From Cycas panzhihuaensis (taxonomy: Eukaryota > Plantae > Cycadophyta), in NCBI GenBank assembly GCA_023213395.1, contig CM041465.1, positions 252,099,741-252,163,740 on the forward strand: DNA of 64,000 nucleotides, in the 5' to 3' direction. The notes beneath the pieces were generated by a model. It had not been told where the DNA came from. It saw nothing but the letters and a program-made list of their open reading frames with translations, and made no database searches. The first letter of the stretch is position 1; every line of letters starts with the position of its first letter. The position numbers and the translations under genes were made by a program. Shown one piece after another: positions 63,239 to 64,000 of the stretch.

Positions 63239-64000
63239 GAAGGCACCAACTTATTTGTAAGGTCAGTACCTAAACCAAGCACTCCACAAATATAGATGCT
63301 TTCTCACAAAGCTTCGCCACCACAACTAGGAAATTTGATATCATTAGAGAGGTCTATCGAGTAGCAAAAAGATCACTCCCATACCTTGCTAACGAGTGCA
63401 CTTATAACCATATTAGAGGTTCCAACAAGTTCGCACCCAACATAGGCAACATGCAAAGACCCTACCCCATATGATGATCCTTCGATATCCATTGGACACA
63501 CACCTTCAGAAGCATTCCACTTGATGACTACCTACAAAAAGCCTAGAGTGCAAATCGAAGATTGTCTAGCAAGATTCCTTACCCCAATCAACAACACTTC
63601 TTACTACCAGACAATCTCCTCTAACATCATCTCTCTTCTTAGTAAACAAGGAAAAGACATGGTCTGCCCCATCCATTGCAGATTACTTTTTGCCTATCCG
63701 GTGATAATAAAGAAATTGGGGACAATTTCCTCTTAAATAGGGAGGAATGATAAGTATCACTCATCTATATGTTTTGACACTATGTAATATTATGTGTATA
63801 TTATTGTACTTTTATGTTAAGTACATTTAAGTTAGAAAGTTGATCAATTAATTCAATTTTTAGTTAGTTAGAAAGTTAAACGTCAATTAGTAAAGTTAAT
63901 TAAGTCAGTTAGTTGAGCAATTAGTAGGTAGTTTCTCAAGTGGTTATTGAGCCCTCAATATAAATGAGAGGCATTCTATTATACGAACATCAATGAGTGT

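Larger units (their letters stand above)
56477..64000 (+). mobile_element. Family A outer copy: CRM-like gag-protease-only LTR element (LTRs 56477-56851 and 63748-window end)
   Basis: PBS TGGTATCAATGC at 56854. Gag ~58180-58912 resumes at 62556. Protease CIIDSGNMKNLVS...CDVTPMDCCELLLG, PPT AGGGAGGAA before 63748, no RT or INT. Confidence 0.9.

Noticed and set aside
56477-64000. Four spaced direct repeats read as a tandem array or CRISPR-like locus
   Set aside because: They are ~375-bp LTRs. The TSD CTTCA and restored gag show nesting, and no cas-like genes are present.

Overview
This window is AT-rich, CpG-depleted eukaryotic DNA, almost certainly heterochromatin from a large land-plant genome (gymnosperm-like element types; the taxon is inferred, not shown). 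I find no host genes and no rRNA, tRNA or CRISPR features. Nearly all of it is nested, decayed retroelements, many resolvable by LTR pairs, primer-binding sites (PBS), polypurine tracts (PPT) and target-site duplications (TSD). Left part: a Copia gag-pol (minus), a young 4.75-kb gag-only LTR element (3525-8279, TSD AACCT), Gypsy gag remnants, and a full-length L1 with an RNase H domain (16950-23251, 15-bp TSD). Right part: a long-LTR gag-protease element (B). Its LTRs were hit by a complete Copia (39074-44219), a complete OTA-type Gypsy (44547-55397, TSD ATCAT, carrying a young tRNA-derived SINE) and a CRM-like gag-protease-only family (A), which is also nested into itself (58913-62550, TSD CTTCA). 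Most interesting: (1) a ~500-bp post-PBS leader module shared colinearly by a Copia and a Gypsy element; (2) three unrelated lineages with a gag(+protease)-only architecture; (3) a Gag N-terminus fused to an acidic/His repeat tail; (4) a SINE whose 3' hairpin resembles the L1 3' end. All alignments and divergence estimates were made by eye.
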